A stretch of DNA of 64,000 nucleotides from Phycisphaerae bacterium (GTDB lineage: Bacteria; Planctomycetota; Phycisphaerae; UBA1845): the NCBI GenBank assembly GCA_035344155.1, contig DAORAL010000010.1:24118-88117 (forward strand). Direction: 5' to 3'. A program made the position numbers and the translations under genes. Of the stretch, positions 54,172-63,004 are shown one piece after another. The notes below the pieces were generated by a model. That model worked only from the letters and a program-made list of their open reading frames with translations. It made no database searches and was not told where the DNA came from. The first letter of the stretch is position 1. Each line of letters opens with the position of its first letter.

Positions 54172-55451
54172 TACTCAGCCTCCTTTGTTGCGGGTGAATA
54201 CGCCAAACCCTTCAAGCCCGATAAATGCCCGCTCTCAACTTTTCCGTTGGCATCTACTTTCAGTCGTCCCGACGCCAGCTCGTGCCGGATGAGCTCTTCG
54301 AACACGGGTACAAGCTTCGGGTCCCCGACCTTGCCCGCGTCTTCTCGCAAGATGGCCAGCGCTTTTTCGAATCCGAATGCTTCTCGATACGAGCGCGTCG
54401 TGGTCAGCGCGTCAAACACGTCGGCGACAAGAATGATGCGCGCGTCCAGCGGGATCCCTTCACCAGCCAAACCATCCGGATATCCGCGACCGTCGAATCG
54501 TTCGTGATGGTGTCGCACACCACCCAACGCGCCGGCCATCTGCGGAATGGCTTTGACCACGTCGTAGCTTCGAACCGGGTGCTCCTTGATGTGTTCGAAT
54601 TCCTCGTCCGTCAGCTTGCCCGGTTTCTTGAGCACATCGTCGCGAATTCCAATCTTGCCGACGTCGTGAAGCAGTGCCGCCCATTCGAGCATTTGCAGGC
54701 GATTTCCAGTCAATCCAATCGCTTGTCCAAGCAGTTTGGCGAAGTGCCCCACCCGGTTGGAATGCCCGGACGTGTATTCGTCTTTTTGGTCAACCGCGCT
54801 GACCAACGCCTTGACGGTGTCGATCGACAGTTCTCTTAAACGATCAGCCAACTCGTAATTTCGCAACAAGTCGCCGCACACCGACACGAGGGCATCGATC
54901 AAGCTCATGTCGCTTGCGTCAAAGCGTCGGTTTTTTCCGTCGTTCGCGAAGACGATCGCACAGACAAACTCGTCTCCGACGAACACCGGGGAGACCATGA
55001 TTTCCAGCACGTCGGAAATCGGATGTTCAAAGACCTTCACCACCGCCCGCTGTTGATAGATGCACGCGCGAACCTCGCCAGCCATCTCTTCCGCGTTGTG
55101 TGGAGGACCGTCGGTCCACAGGAGCATGTCATTTTTGTCCAGGCTCAGCGAATACAGTCGCATGTCCTGATAGGTGATGCGAAGCGAATCGACGAAGAGT
55201 CGGACCACGTCTTCACGCGTGTCCGCTGTCGACAGTCGGCGGGTGACCTCAAAGACAATCCCGAGCTGCTCGTATGCGCGAATCAGATCGTCAGCCAGAC
55301 CGGTGTGCTCGCTGAACACCAGGTCAATCTGGCTTTGGACCGATTCAATAACGCGATCGACCACCTCGTTGGTCGACGGAAGGCAGCAAGCAACGGCCTT
55401 CCGTAGGCTCGCCAGCTCTTCGTTGATTTGAATGTGTCTCATCTGTGGCAT
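54171..55451 (-). CDS. GAF-HD-GYP domain c-di-GMP phosphodiesterase-type protein
   Basis: HSNRVGHFAKLL, LLHDVGKIGI, HHERFDGRGYPDGL are the full HD-GYP signature. Confidence 0.85.
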   Translation of the reverse strand: MPQMRHIQINEELASLRKAVACCLPSTNEVVDRVIESVQSQIDLVFSEHTGLADDLIRAYEQLGIVFEVTRRLSTADTREDVVRLFVDSLRITYQDMRLYSLSLDKNDMLLWTDGPPHNAEEMAGEVRACIYQQRAVVKVFEHPISDVLEIMVSPVFVGDEFVCAIVFANDGKNRRFDASDMSLIDALVSVCGDLLRNYELADRLRELSIDTVKALVSAVDQKDEYTSGHSNRVGHFAKLLGQAIGLTGNRLQMLEWAALLHDVGKIGIRDDVLKKPGKLTDEEFEHIKEHPVRSYDVVKAIPQMAGALGGVRHHHERFDGRGYPDGLAGEGIPLDARIILVADVFDALTTTRSYREAFGFEKALAILREDAGKVGDPKLVPVFEELIRHELASGRLKVDANGKVESGHLSGLKGLAYSPATKEAE

Positions 55452-55497
55452 AAAGGATCACCAGATTCGGGTTTCCAAAGCTTCGCCCAATCCCCTG

Positions 55498-55905
55498 TTA
55501 TTCAACATTACGGGCTTCGACGGCGTTTCTGGACTCTTCGAGACGCTGCTCGATTTCATTACTCAACCGTGAAGGCGAAAACGGCTTCGGATGCACGGTC
55601 ACCTTGAGTTGGTGCATCTGTTCGCCGATTTGGGCCTGATCACAACGGGCACTGAGCATGACAACGGGGATGTCTGACTTGAATTCGCCACGGAGCCACT
55701 GCGCCAGTTCAATACCGTTGCAGTGGGGCATGTTGATGTCGGTGACGAGAAAGTCGACGCCGCCAGCTGCGATCACATCCTTCGCCTGAAGGCCATCCGT
55801 CGCCTCCAAGACCTGGTGCCCGTTTCGCGCCAGCCACATCGACATCAGTCGCATCACGTGCGCGTCATCTTCTGCAACGAGAATTGTTGCCATGAACTTA
55901 CCCAT
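55498..55905 (-). CDS. Single-domain response regulator (CheY-like receiver)
   Basis: ILVAEDDAHVMRLM..., FLVTDINMPHCNGIEL (phospho-Asp context), a conserved Lys region. No output domain. Confidence 0.85.
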   Translation of the reverse strand: MGKFMATILVAEDDAHVMRLMSMWLARNGHQVLEATDGLQAKDVIAAGGVDFLVTDINMPHCNGIELAQWLRGEFKSDIPVVMLSARCDQAQIGEQMHQLKVTVHPKPFSPSRLSNEIEQRLEESRNAVEARNVE

Positions 55906-55917
55906 CCTTCACAACGG

Positions 55918-57798
55918 CTATGCGTTTGATCCCTGCAACACACTGGCGCCCTTGTCCAGTGCAAGCGAGAACGAGAATGTTGCCCCCTCACCCTTCTTGC
56001 TGACCACGGTAATTTCTCCACCGTGTTGACGTACGATTTCCTGCGCGGTGGTCAGACCGATTCCCGTCCCGGTCTCTTGAAGCACATCGGGGTCTTCCGC
56101 CCGCTGGAACTTCTCGAAAATCCGACCGTGATCGCGCGGATCGATTCCGATTCCCGAATCGCGCACCGAAACCGTAAGCCCATTGTTTTCCGACTTGCAC
56201 GACATCACGACCTGCCCGTTTTCCGGCGTGTACTTCAACGCGTTACCGAGCAGGTTGTTCACCACAACCGTAAGCTTGTCGCGATCGCCCTGGATCTTCT
56301 CGGCCTTTGGCGGAAGCGTCAGCTGGAGGTCGATGTTTTTGGACTCCGCGATTCCCCGAACATCGCGAACCGCTTCCGTCAGCAGTTGACAAAGATCAAC
56401 GCGATCCATCACCAGCTGCATCGTTCCCACCTCAAGCTGCGAAATGCTCAGGATGTCTTCGATCAGGCGGGACAATCGCCGCGTTTCCTTGGTGATGACG
56501 TTGTAGCACTCCGTGATCACCTGCGGATCGTCGAACATGCCGCTCGAAAGCGTTTCGGCATACGCGCGAATGTTCGTCAACGGCGTCCGCAGTTCGTGGG
56601 TCACCTGCGAGACAAACTCCTCGCGGGCTTTGTCGGCGCGAACCTGCTGGCTGACATCCTGGATCAACGCAATCACGCGGCGCGAATGATGAACGGTCTG
56701 CATCTGGTTGATGCGAACCGAATAGAAACTCCCATCCGACATCTCGAGCTGGCAGTCGGTCGACCCGATCGCCGCACCGCCCTCGCTGCTCGCACGAATC
56801 TGGTCCGCAATCAAGACCGCGTCATTGGAAAGCTCGACGTCCGGCCCCAAGTGCCACGTCGATTCGTCATCCACCGACCATCCCATGATGCGACACGACA
56901 TCGCGTTCGCGTAAATGACCGTCATCGTTTCCGACAACAAGAGCACGCCGGTCGGAACCAACCGCATCGCCTCCGCCAGGTCGCCCGTGTTCGTTCGATC
57001 CAATGCCGCCAGCAACTCGGACGATGCCGCGCTACGCGACAACTCTTCCTCTTGCTCTGCGGCTCGATCGATCAGCCGATTCCATCCTTCAGCCAGCGCG
57101 TCAGGCGTCTGAACCAATCGCAGCGAAGACAGTTGGATGTCTCCGGAGTTGGCGGCTTGATCCAGTTGACGCGCGATCTGTTTCACGCTGCGAAAGTGTT
57201 TGCGCATGCTGCCATAAAGCAGAAGAAATGCCCCGGCACACAACAGCGCGACCACGAACATCTGGATCGATGCCGTTGAATTCGCCAACGCCTCGCGACC
57301 AAACCGCACTTCGACGTAGCGCGCGCCCGATTCACCCGTTGCAGCGATCGGCGCACGCACCGTGAACATTTCGCCGCCCTTGCCCGGGCGATGTCGCATC
57401 AGGGTCTCGACGCTTTGCGGAACGATTCGCGGCACCTCACTGGTCGCGGGCAGAGGCTGGCCCTTCTCGGTCGGTTGCGTTGAGGCAAGAATGGTGTGCG
57501 AATCGTCGAGTATCCGAACCCCCAGGCATCGATTCGCTTGCGCAAACTGGTTGATCGTCGCCAACGTCATGCGATCAACGCCCGACGCCTCCGGATCAAG
57601 TTGCTGCACAAGAAATGCAACGGACTGCCCATACGACCGTCCGACATTTTCCGAGATTGCCACGGACGTCTGGCGCTGCGACAGAATCAACAGTGCTGCC
57701 GGCGCAACCACAAACACGCCCACCAGCAGCATTCCAATCCTGCGCGGAACCTCCTCCGCATCCCAAAACAAACGAATTCTGTGCAACAGTGATTGCAT
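55918..57798 (-). CDS. Sensor histidine kinase (periplasmic sensor, PAS, HisKA, HATPase_c)
   Basis: H-box VTHELRTPLTNIRAYAETL, N/G boxes (LLGNALKYT, DSGIGI, GTGIGL). Two TM helices flank an extracytoplasmic domain. Confidence 0.85.
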   Translation of the reverse strand: MQSLLHRIRLFWDAEEVPRRIGMLLVGVFVVAPAALLILSQRQTSVAISENVGRSYGQSVAFLVQQLDPEASGVDRMTLATINQFAQANRCLGVRILDDSHTILASTQPTEKGQPLPATSEVPRIVPQSVETLMRHRPGKGGEMFTVRAPIAATGESGARYVEVRFGREALANSTASIQMFVVALLCAGAFLLLYGSMRKHFRSVKQIARQLDQAANSGDIQLSSLRLVQTPDALAEGWNRLIDRAAEQEEELSRSAASSELLAALDRTNTGDLAEAMRLVPTGVLLLSETMTVIYANAMSCRIMGWSVDDESTWHLGPDVELSNDAVLIADQIRASSEGGAAIGSTDCQLEMSDGSFYSVRINQMQTVHHSRRVIALIQDVSQQVRADKAREEFVSQVTHELRTPLTNIRAYAETLSSGMFDDPQVITECYNVITKETRRLSRLIEDILSISQLEVGTMQLVMDRVDLCQLLTEAVRDVRGIAESKNIDLQLTLPPKAEKIQGDRDKLTVVVNNLLGNALKYTPENGQVVMSCKSENNGLTVSVRDSGIGIDPRDHGRIFEKFQRAEDPDVLQETGTGIGLTTAQEIVRQHGGEITVVSKKGEGATFSFSLALDKGASVLQGSNA

Positions 57799-58188
57799 CT
57801 GACTTTCAAGACCTCAATCGTATTCCGCTGAGCGGAACGCCCCAGCCAGCCCATTGACATCGCGTATTCGACATGTCGTATATCGTCTGCAAAAGGCGGG
57901 TGCATTGGACTCGCAACCGCTACTTTCACGCCTGCTCCGCACTGCAACCCGACATCGCGTTGGGCACGATCAACATCGCCGCTGACACGCAGGAATGACC
58001 GGTGTTATCGGCCCGCGCGATATTCGCCTGATTTGCGTTTTGCCGTGAATGTTCGACCGAATCGACGGCGGCCGATAACATGGACGTCGCGTCAAAGGTC
58101 ATTTGACACGAGCGCCCTCGGAATCTTCGCGTTCCGTTGGCAGCGCCGATGACATGCGTGAAACAGGCCAACTTGGGGCATCACTTCG

Positions 58189-59001
58189 ATGAATCTGGGA
58201 AGAAAACTCTGTCTGAAAGACAAGGCGTTGATCGCGATGGTGCATGTGGGCGCGCTGCCTGGAACCCCATGCTCGAAATCATCGATCGATGAAATTGCGA
58301 ATCATGCAGCGGCTGAAGCGCTGTCGCTCGCCCATGCCGGCTTCGATGCCATCATCATCGAGAACATGCACGATCGACCCTACCTGCTCCGTGATGTCGG
58401 CCCGGAAATCACAGCATCAATGACCCGTGTGGCTGTTGAAGTCCGCCGGGCAGTCGATCTGCCAATCGGTGTGCAAATCCTCGCCGGCGCGAATACCGCC
58501 GCGCTGGCAGTCGCGGCTGCCGCTGACTTGCAGTTCGTCCGCGCCGAAGGATTCGTATTCGCGCACGTCGCCGACGAAGGCATCATGAATGAAGCGTCAG
58601 CCGCAACACTGCTTCGATATCGAAAGCAGATTTCCGCTGAAAATGTTGCAATCATCGCAGACATAAAAAAGAAACATTCCAGCCATGCAATGACCGCGGA
58701 CGTCGATCTCGCAGCCACCGCGCATGCTGCGGCGTTCTTCGGAGCCGATGGCGTCGTTGTGACGGGCGGCGCCACCGCGCAAGCCGCAACCGTCGGCGAT
58801 GTGGCAAGTGCATCCGAAGCCACGCTGCCAGTACTGGTAGGCAGCGGATTGAACCCAGAAAACCTCTCCGAATATTGGCCCCACGCCAATGGATTCATCG
58901 TGGGCTCGTCGCTGAAGATCGATGGGGTCTGGTCAAATCCGCTTGATGCCGATCGAATCGCGGCATTCGTCCAAAGCGCCAGCCGGCTCCGGAAGGCCTG
59001 A
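58189..59001 (+). CDS. BtpA/SgcQ-family TIM-barrel protein
   Basis: LIAMVHVGALPGTP..., IIIENMHDRPY, ...VVVTGGATA... are the BtpA-family pattern. Confidence 0.8.
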   Translation: MNLGRKLCLKDKALIAMVHVGALPGTPCSKSSIDEIANHAAAEALSLAHAGFDAIIIENMHDRPYLLRDVGPEITASMTRVAVEVRRAVDLPIGVQILAGANTAALAVAAAADLQFVRAEGFVFAHVADEGIMNEASAATLLRYRKQISAENVAIIADIKKKHSSHAMTADVDLAATAHAAAFFGADGVVVTGGATAQAATVGDVASASEATLPVLVGSGLNPENLSEYWPHANGFIVGSSLKIDGVWSNPLDADRIAAFVQSASRLRKA

Positions 59002-59082
59002 TTGGCCAACCTGTCAAACGTCCGCTGGGGGAAAAATCACACCGTAGGTCCGATATTCATGAATCAGTTTCACTTGAAGGTC

Positions 59083-59121
59083 AGCCCGGTCAAGAAACAC
59101 CGGCTGCATGACCGGGTTTTT
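59083..59121 (+). terminator. Rho-independent terminator candidate after btpA
   Basis: Stem CCCGGTC (59085-59091) / GACCGGG (59110-59116), 18-nt loop, followed by TTTTT. Confidence 0.55.
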
Positions 59122-59303
59122 CACAAGCAGCCACACCACGAACTTGACCGAAAATAGCCACTCAAGACGCCAAAAACGGCGATTTCGCGGTGGACTTCCT
59201 CGTTCAATGCCCAGCCCCCAATGCCATATCTACAAATGGTCTGCAGCCACTTTTCACATCCCCGGGATCGAAGATTTCTTACCCACTTTTCCATTCTATA
59301 TTC

Positions 59304-59333
59304 TTGACTCGCGCACGCCGATCTTGGTAAACT
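59304..59333 (+). promoter_or_regulatory. Sigma-70-like promoter candidate TTGACT-N18-TAAACT
   Basis: Read directly from the sequence. Located in a 670-bp AT-richer non-coding gap upstream of the PEP-CTERM gene. Confidence 0.3.
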
Positions 59334-59368
59334 CCGCATAAGACGGAGCTGAGCTAGACCACAGAGAG

Positions 59369-59441
59369 AGAGAACTAGTATCGCGTTTGGACCGGGTGCA
59401 AAGTGCGCACGGCCCGCTTGCGATATGGTTCTCTTTTTTTT
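59369..59441 (+). ncRNA. Long imperfect hairpin followed by T8: candidate sRNA 3' end or leader attenuator
   Basis: AGAGAAC/GTTCTCT (7 bp) plus TATCGC/GCGATA (6 bp) enclose a 35-nt GC-rich apical part. The T-run is at 59434-59441, about 100 nt downstream of the candidate -10. Confidence 0.4.
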
Positions 59442-59673
59442 GTTGGTGGGGAAAGTAACCTCGAAAATCGCAGTTGTTCGAGACGCATCAAATTTCCCCC
59501 CAAAAATCGTGGCCTCTCGTTTCCAAAAAGTTTTCAGTCTGTGTCTCGTTTCAGTGTGTTTTGTTGCGGTGCTTTGATAAGCGGCATCGCGTTCTCTCAA
59601 AAGTGGTTTGAAGTAAACGTTAACGATCTCTAGAGCTCTCTAAAAACAGGTAATTCTTTGAAGGAGGATGATT

Positions 59674-60582
59674 ATGAAGAAGTGTTTTGCATGTGGCATT
59701 GTGGCTCTTCTCTCAGCCAATGTCGCAATGGCAGATTACGTCGTACCGGGTGGCTTGTTGCCGAACAACCCGTCAGTCGGTCAGATTGGACCAGGTGGTC
59801 TCCAGTATGACCTCAATGGTGCGGCCATTCCGGCTGGTACCTACACCGGTTTCTCGGTCAGCTTTGACTGGGTCGCTGGTGGTGGCAATCCGTGGTCGAA
59901 CGAAGCCAACATCTTTTTTGCCGACGCCGACTTTGCAGGTCCGATCGGAACGATCCACCAGAACGGCACCACTGCAACCGCCGGCGCAGCGAGCAACGGT
60001 GACCCGACCACGCTGTCATTCGACGGGTTCTTCGCGGTCAACTACGAAGGTGGCGATCCGCTGTGGTTCCTGGGTTCACAGTCGTACACTGGTTCAACCG
60101 CGTCATGGTCGAACATCTCGGTCACGCTCACGCAGGCCGCGATCCCGACCCTCGACGACTTCCTCACCGGCACCCTCAATGGTCCGGTCGACAGCGTTTC
60201 GGGCAACACGCTCGGCGGTGGCGACAACCTCAATGGCCCGAACGGTATCGGTGCCGGTAGCTGGTCAGGTGAAGATCACGTTTACCAGCTCAACTGGGGC
60301 GGTGGCGACATCAACATCGACCTGCTCTTCTCGAACGTCGATGGCGACGTCGACCTGATCCTCTTCGGTGACAACACCGGAAACGTGGTCATCGATTCCG
60401 GTACGTCGACCGACGACAACGAAAACATCAACGTCCTCGGCCTCGCCGCCGGTACGTACTACATCGCGATTGACGGATGGCAGGGTGCGACCAATGCGTA
60501 CACCCTCAACGTCACTCCCGAACCCGCTTCATTGGCCCTGTTGGCAATGGGTGCGGCAGTCGTGATTCGTCGTCGTCGCTAA
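59674..60582 (+). CDS. PEP-CTERM-anchored secreted protein with a pre-peptidase C-terminal (PPC)-like domain
   Basis: GGAGG RBS. Signal peptide (ALLSANVAMA). The GDVDLILFGDNTG...AGTYYIAIDGWQGATNAYTLNV segment is PPC-like. C-terminus VTPEPASLALLAMGAAVVIRRRR is a PEP-CTERM sorting signal. Confidence 0.85.
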   Translation: MKKCFACGIVALLSANVAMADYVVPGGLLPNNPSVGQIGPGGLQYDLNGAAIPAGTYTGFSVSFDWVAGGGNPWSNEANIFFADADFAGPIGTIHQNGTTATAGAASNGDPTTLSFDGFFAVNYEGGDPLWFLGSQSYTGSTASWSNISVTLTQAAIPTLDDFLTGTLNGPVDSVSGNTLGGGDNLNGPNGIGAGSWSGEDHVYQLNWGGGDINIDLLFSNVDGDVDLILFGDNTGNVVIDSGTSTDDNENINVLGLAAGTYYIAIDGWQGATNAYTLNVTPEPASLALLAMGAAVVIRRRR

Positions 60583-60619
60583 TCGCGAACACGTCGTACA
60601 CGATTCAAAGTAGCATCTC

Positions 60620-60662
60620 GGCGGGTCGCCACTGTTAACAAACAGGGCGACCCGCCTTTTTT
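60620..60662 (+). terminator. Rho-independent terminator of the PEP-CTERM gene
   Basis: Perfect 11-bp stem GGCGGGTCGCC / GGCGACCCGCC, 15-nt loop, then TTTTTT. Confidence 0.8.
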
Positions 60663-61127
60663 GTGGATAGAACTATTCCGATTGGCGGGCCCAAATGCCG
60701 CCCGACCCATCGAAGCCTGCACGAAAGGCATCTCAAGCGTGGTGACCCGATTTCTCGGCTCGCAGAGGTGCAAAGAATGCAGCACATAAACGAATCATCT
60801 ATGCTGGCAAGAGACACAACGGCGCGCCCCCTTGCTTCCAGAACCGGTATGGCGCCGCGTGCATCTATTGGGCTGTACCGGCTTGAATCGCAAGAAGCGA
60901 TCGACTGGGCCACACAATCACCGCGTTAATCAGCACGCCCCAAGCAAGGGGCTCTGGCCCAATTCAAAAAGTTTATGGCGAATAAGTATGTCGCAGATGT
61001 ATCATGCTGGCGGCTTGGCATCGGACCGATCTTGGTGGGAATCATTCATCCTTGGCAATCAAGGTATTCCAATCACATTCTTGACGTGGCATCTGGCGCG
61101 GTCAGACGACCGCCATGGAGAACACTG

Positions 61128-62885
61128 ATGGCACACAAGCACTCAAAACTTTTCTGCGGGTTGATGACGATTCTGGGCTCATTATCTCTTTCAACCGAGA
61201 CCCAGGCGGGAACACTTACATTCTCCAACCAGACAGCCGCCTCGGGAATCAACGTGACCCATGCTGTGCCGGTGGGGGCGCCTTACCCGCCCATGGTTGG
61301 CGGGGGGGCCGTCGGCGACTTTAACAACGATGGATGGCAGGACCTGTTCGTGCTGTCCGGCGGAACGCAACCCGACAAACTCTACATCAACAACGGAAAC
61401 GGGACGTTCACCGATCAAGCCGCGGCATGGGGCGTCAATGTTGTTCATCAAGGAGCCGGTGCTTCGGTGGGCGACTATGATGGGAATGGATACCTCGACA
61501 TCTATGTGACCAGTTACTGCCCAGCCGGCCAATCACCGGGCCCCGGAAATCATCGCCTCTATCGAAACAACGGTGACGGAACATTCACCGAAGTTGCGGC
61601 GGCAGCGGGCGTGAATCTTGCCGCCCCGATCGCTGACGGTTTCGGCTCGGCGTTTGGCGATTACGATCTTGATGGCGATCTCGACCTGGCCATGACGGGC
61701 TGGGCGTATCAAGTGGGCGGGAATCGCCTTTTCATAAACAATGGCGACGGAACATTCTCCAACGCGACCGCCGACCTGAACTATGACGTCACGCAGATGC
61801 GCGGATTCTCGCCACGATTCGCTGACATGGACCTCGATCGATATCCCGAACTGCTCTTCGTTGCCGACTTCAACACCAGTCGTTACTTCGTCAACAAAAG
61901 AGACGGAACGTTCGAAGATCAAACCGCAGAGTCCCACACCGGCGTGGACCTCGCAGGGATGGGAACAACCGTGGGCGATTTTAATCGCGACGGATACCTC
62001 GATTGGTTTGTCACCGCCGTGTTCTTCGGCAGCAATACGACAACGCGAGGTAACATGCTCTATATGAACGACAACGGCAAACATCGCTTCATGGAGGTCA
62101 GCGAAGCCGCAAACGTATCAGACGGCGCATGGGGCTGGGGAACCGTTGCCGTTGACTTTGATCACGACATGCTCGTCGACATCGGCGAGACGAACGGCTG
62201 GAACCCCGCTCCCTGGACCAACCAGATGAATCGCCTCTACATGAACAATGGCGATGGAACTTTCACCAATAACGCCGCGGCAGCCGGTTTTAATTTCACG
62301 GGACAAGGCCGCGGTTTGGTCAATTTCGATTACGACAACGACGGCGATCAGGATGTTGTCGTCTTCCCGAACTTTGAGGCAATCCGTCTGTATCGAAACG
62401 ACCTCACCGGACCGGACACCAATTGGCTGCGAATCTTTCTGGATACGAGCGATGATCCCGGACTCGCTCCCAATGGTTTTGGCACGCGCGTCATCGTCAC
62501 CGCCGACGGCATCACCCAATACGGCTACCTCCATGGCGGCTGCAATTTCCTGTCGGTCAGCGAACTCTCCGTTCACTTCGGCCTCGGCGGAGCGACCGAT
62601 GCAGACGTCCGCGTCGAATGGTCAGACGGAACGATCACCGTCCTCAGTTCTGTTTCAGCCAACCAGACGCTGACGATTGCCAGCGGCGCCGCACGCGGTC
62701 CGGTCGGCGATCTTGATGGCGATGGAATTGTCGACCCCAGCGATCTTGAGCGCATGACCGGATGCATCAAAGGGCCCCAAGGCCACATCTACACCGGATG
62801 CGCACCGGCAGACTGGGACAGCGATGGCGACGCAGATCTCGCCGACTTCGCAGAATATCAGCTGGCGATTGAGGTCGGCCCCTAA
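61128..62885 (+). CDS. FG-GAP/VCBS repeat protein with ASPIC/UnbV domain (CRTAC1-like) and a dockerin-like C-terminal tail
   Basis: Repeated GDFNNDGWQDLFV / GDYDGNGYLDIYV / GDYDLDGDLDLAM motifs. UnbV_ASPIC-like RVIVTADGITQYGYLHGGCNFLSVSELSVHFGLG. Tail GDLDGDGIVDPSDLE...DWDSDGDADLADFAEYQ. Confidence 0.8.
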   Translation: MAHKHSKLFCGLMTILGSLSLSTETQAGTLTFSNQTAASGINVTHAVPVGAPYPPMVGGGAVGDFNNDGWQDLFVLSGGTQPDKLYINNGNGTFTDQAAAWGVNVVHQGAGASVGDYDGNGYLDIYVTSYCPAGQSPGPGNHRLYRNNGDGTFTEVAAAAGVNLAAPIADGFGSAFGDYDLDGDLDLAMTGWAYQVGGNRLFINNGDGTFSNATADLNYDVTQMRGFSPRFADMDLDRYPELLFVADFNTSRYFVNKRDGTFEDQTAESHTGVDLAGMGTTVGDFNRDGYLDWFVTAVFFGSNTTTRGNMLYMNDNGKHRFMEVSEAANVSDGAWGWGTVAVDFDHDMLVDIGETNGWNPAPWTNQMNRLYMNNGDGTFTNNAAAAGFNFTGQGRGLVNFDYDNDGDQDVVVFPNFEAIRLYRNDLTGPDTNWLRIFLDTSDDPGLAPNGFGTRVIVTADGITQYGYLHGGCNFLSVSELSVHFGLGGATDADVRVEWSDGTITVLSSVSANQTLTIASGAARGPVGDLDGDGIVDPSDLERMTGCIKGPQGHIYTGCAPADWDSDGDADLADFAEYQLAIEVGP

Positions 62886-63004
62886 CGCAGCAATCGATAC
62901 GACTGGCTGAATTTCGCACGATTTATGGGCGATGGCACGCAAGACCTCCTGCGTGTCATCGCCCAAGTTGTCGATACAATTGGTCTCGAGGAGGATCAAG
63001 GCCA

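Noticed and set aside
59121-59600. 159-aa minus-strand ORF in the gap between btpA and the PEP-CTERM gene.
   Set aside because: The composition looks non-coding (Arg/Cys/Trp-rich, no RBS, no motif). It spans the promoter, hairpin and T-run structures, which are better explained as RNA-level features.
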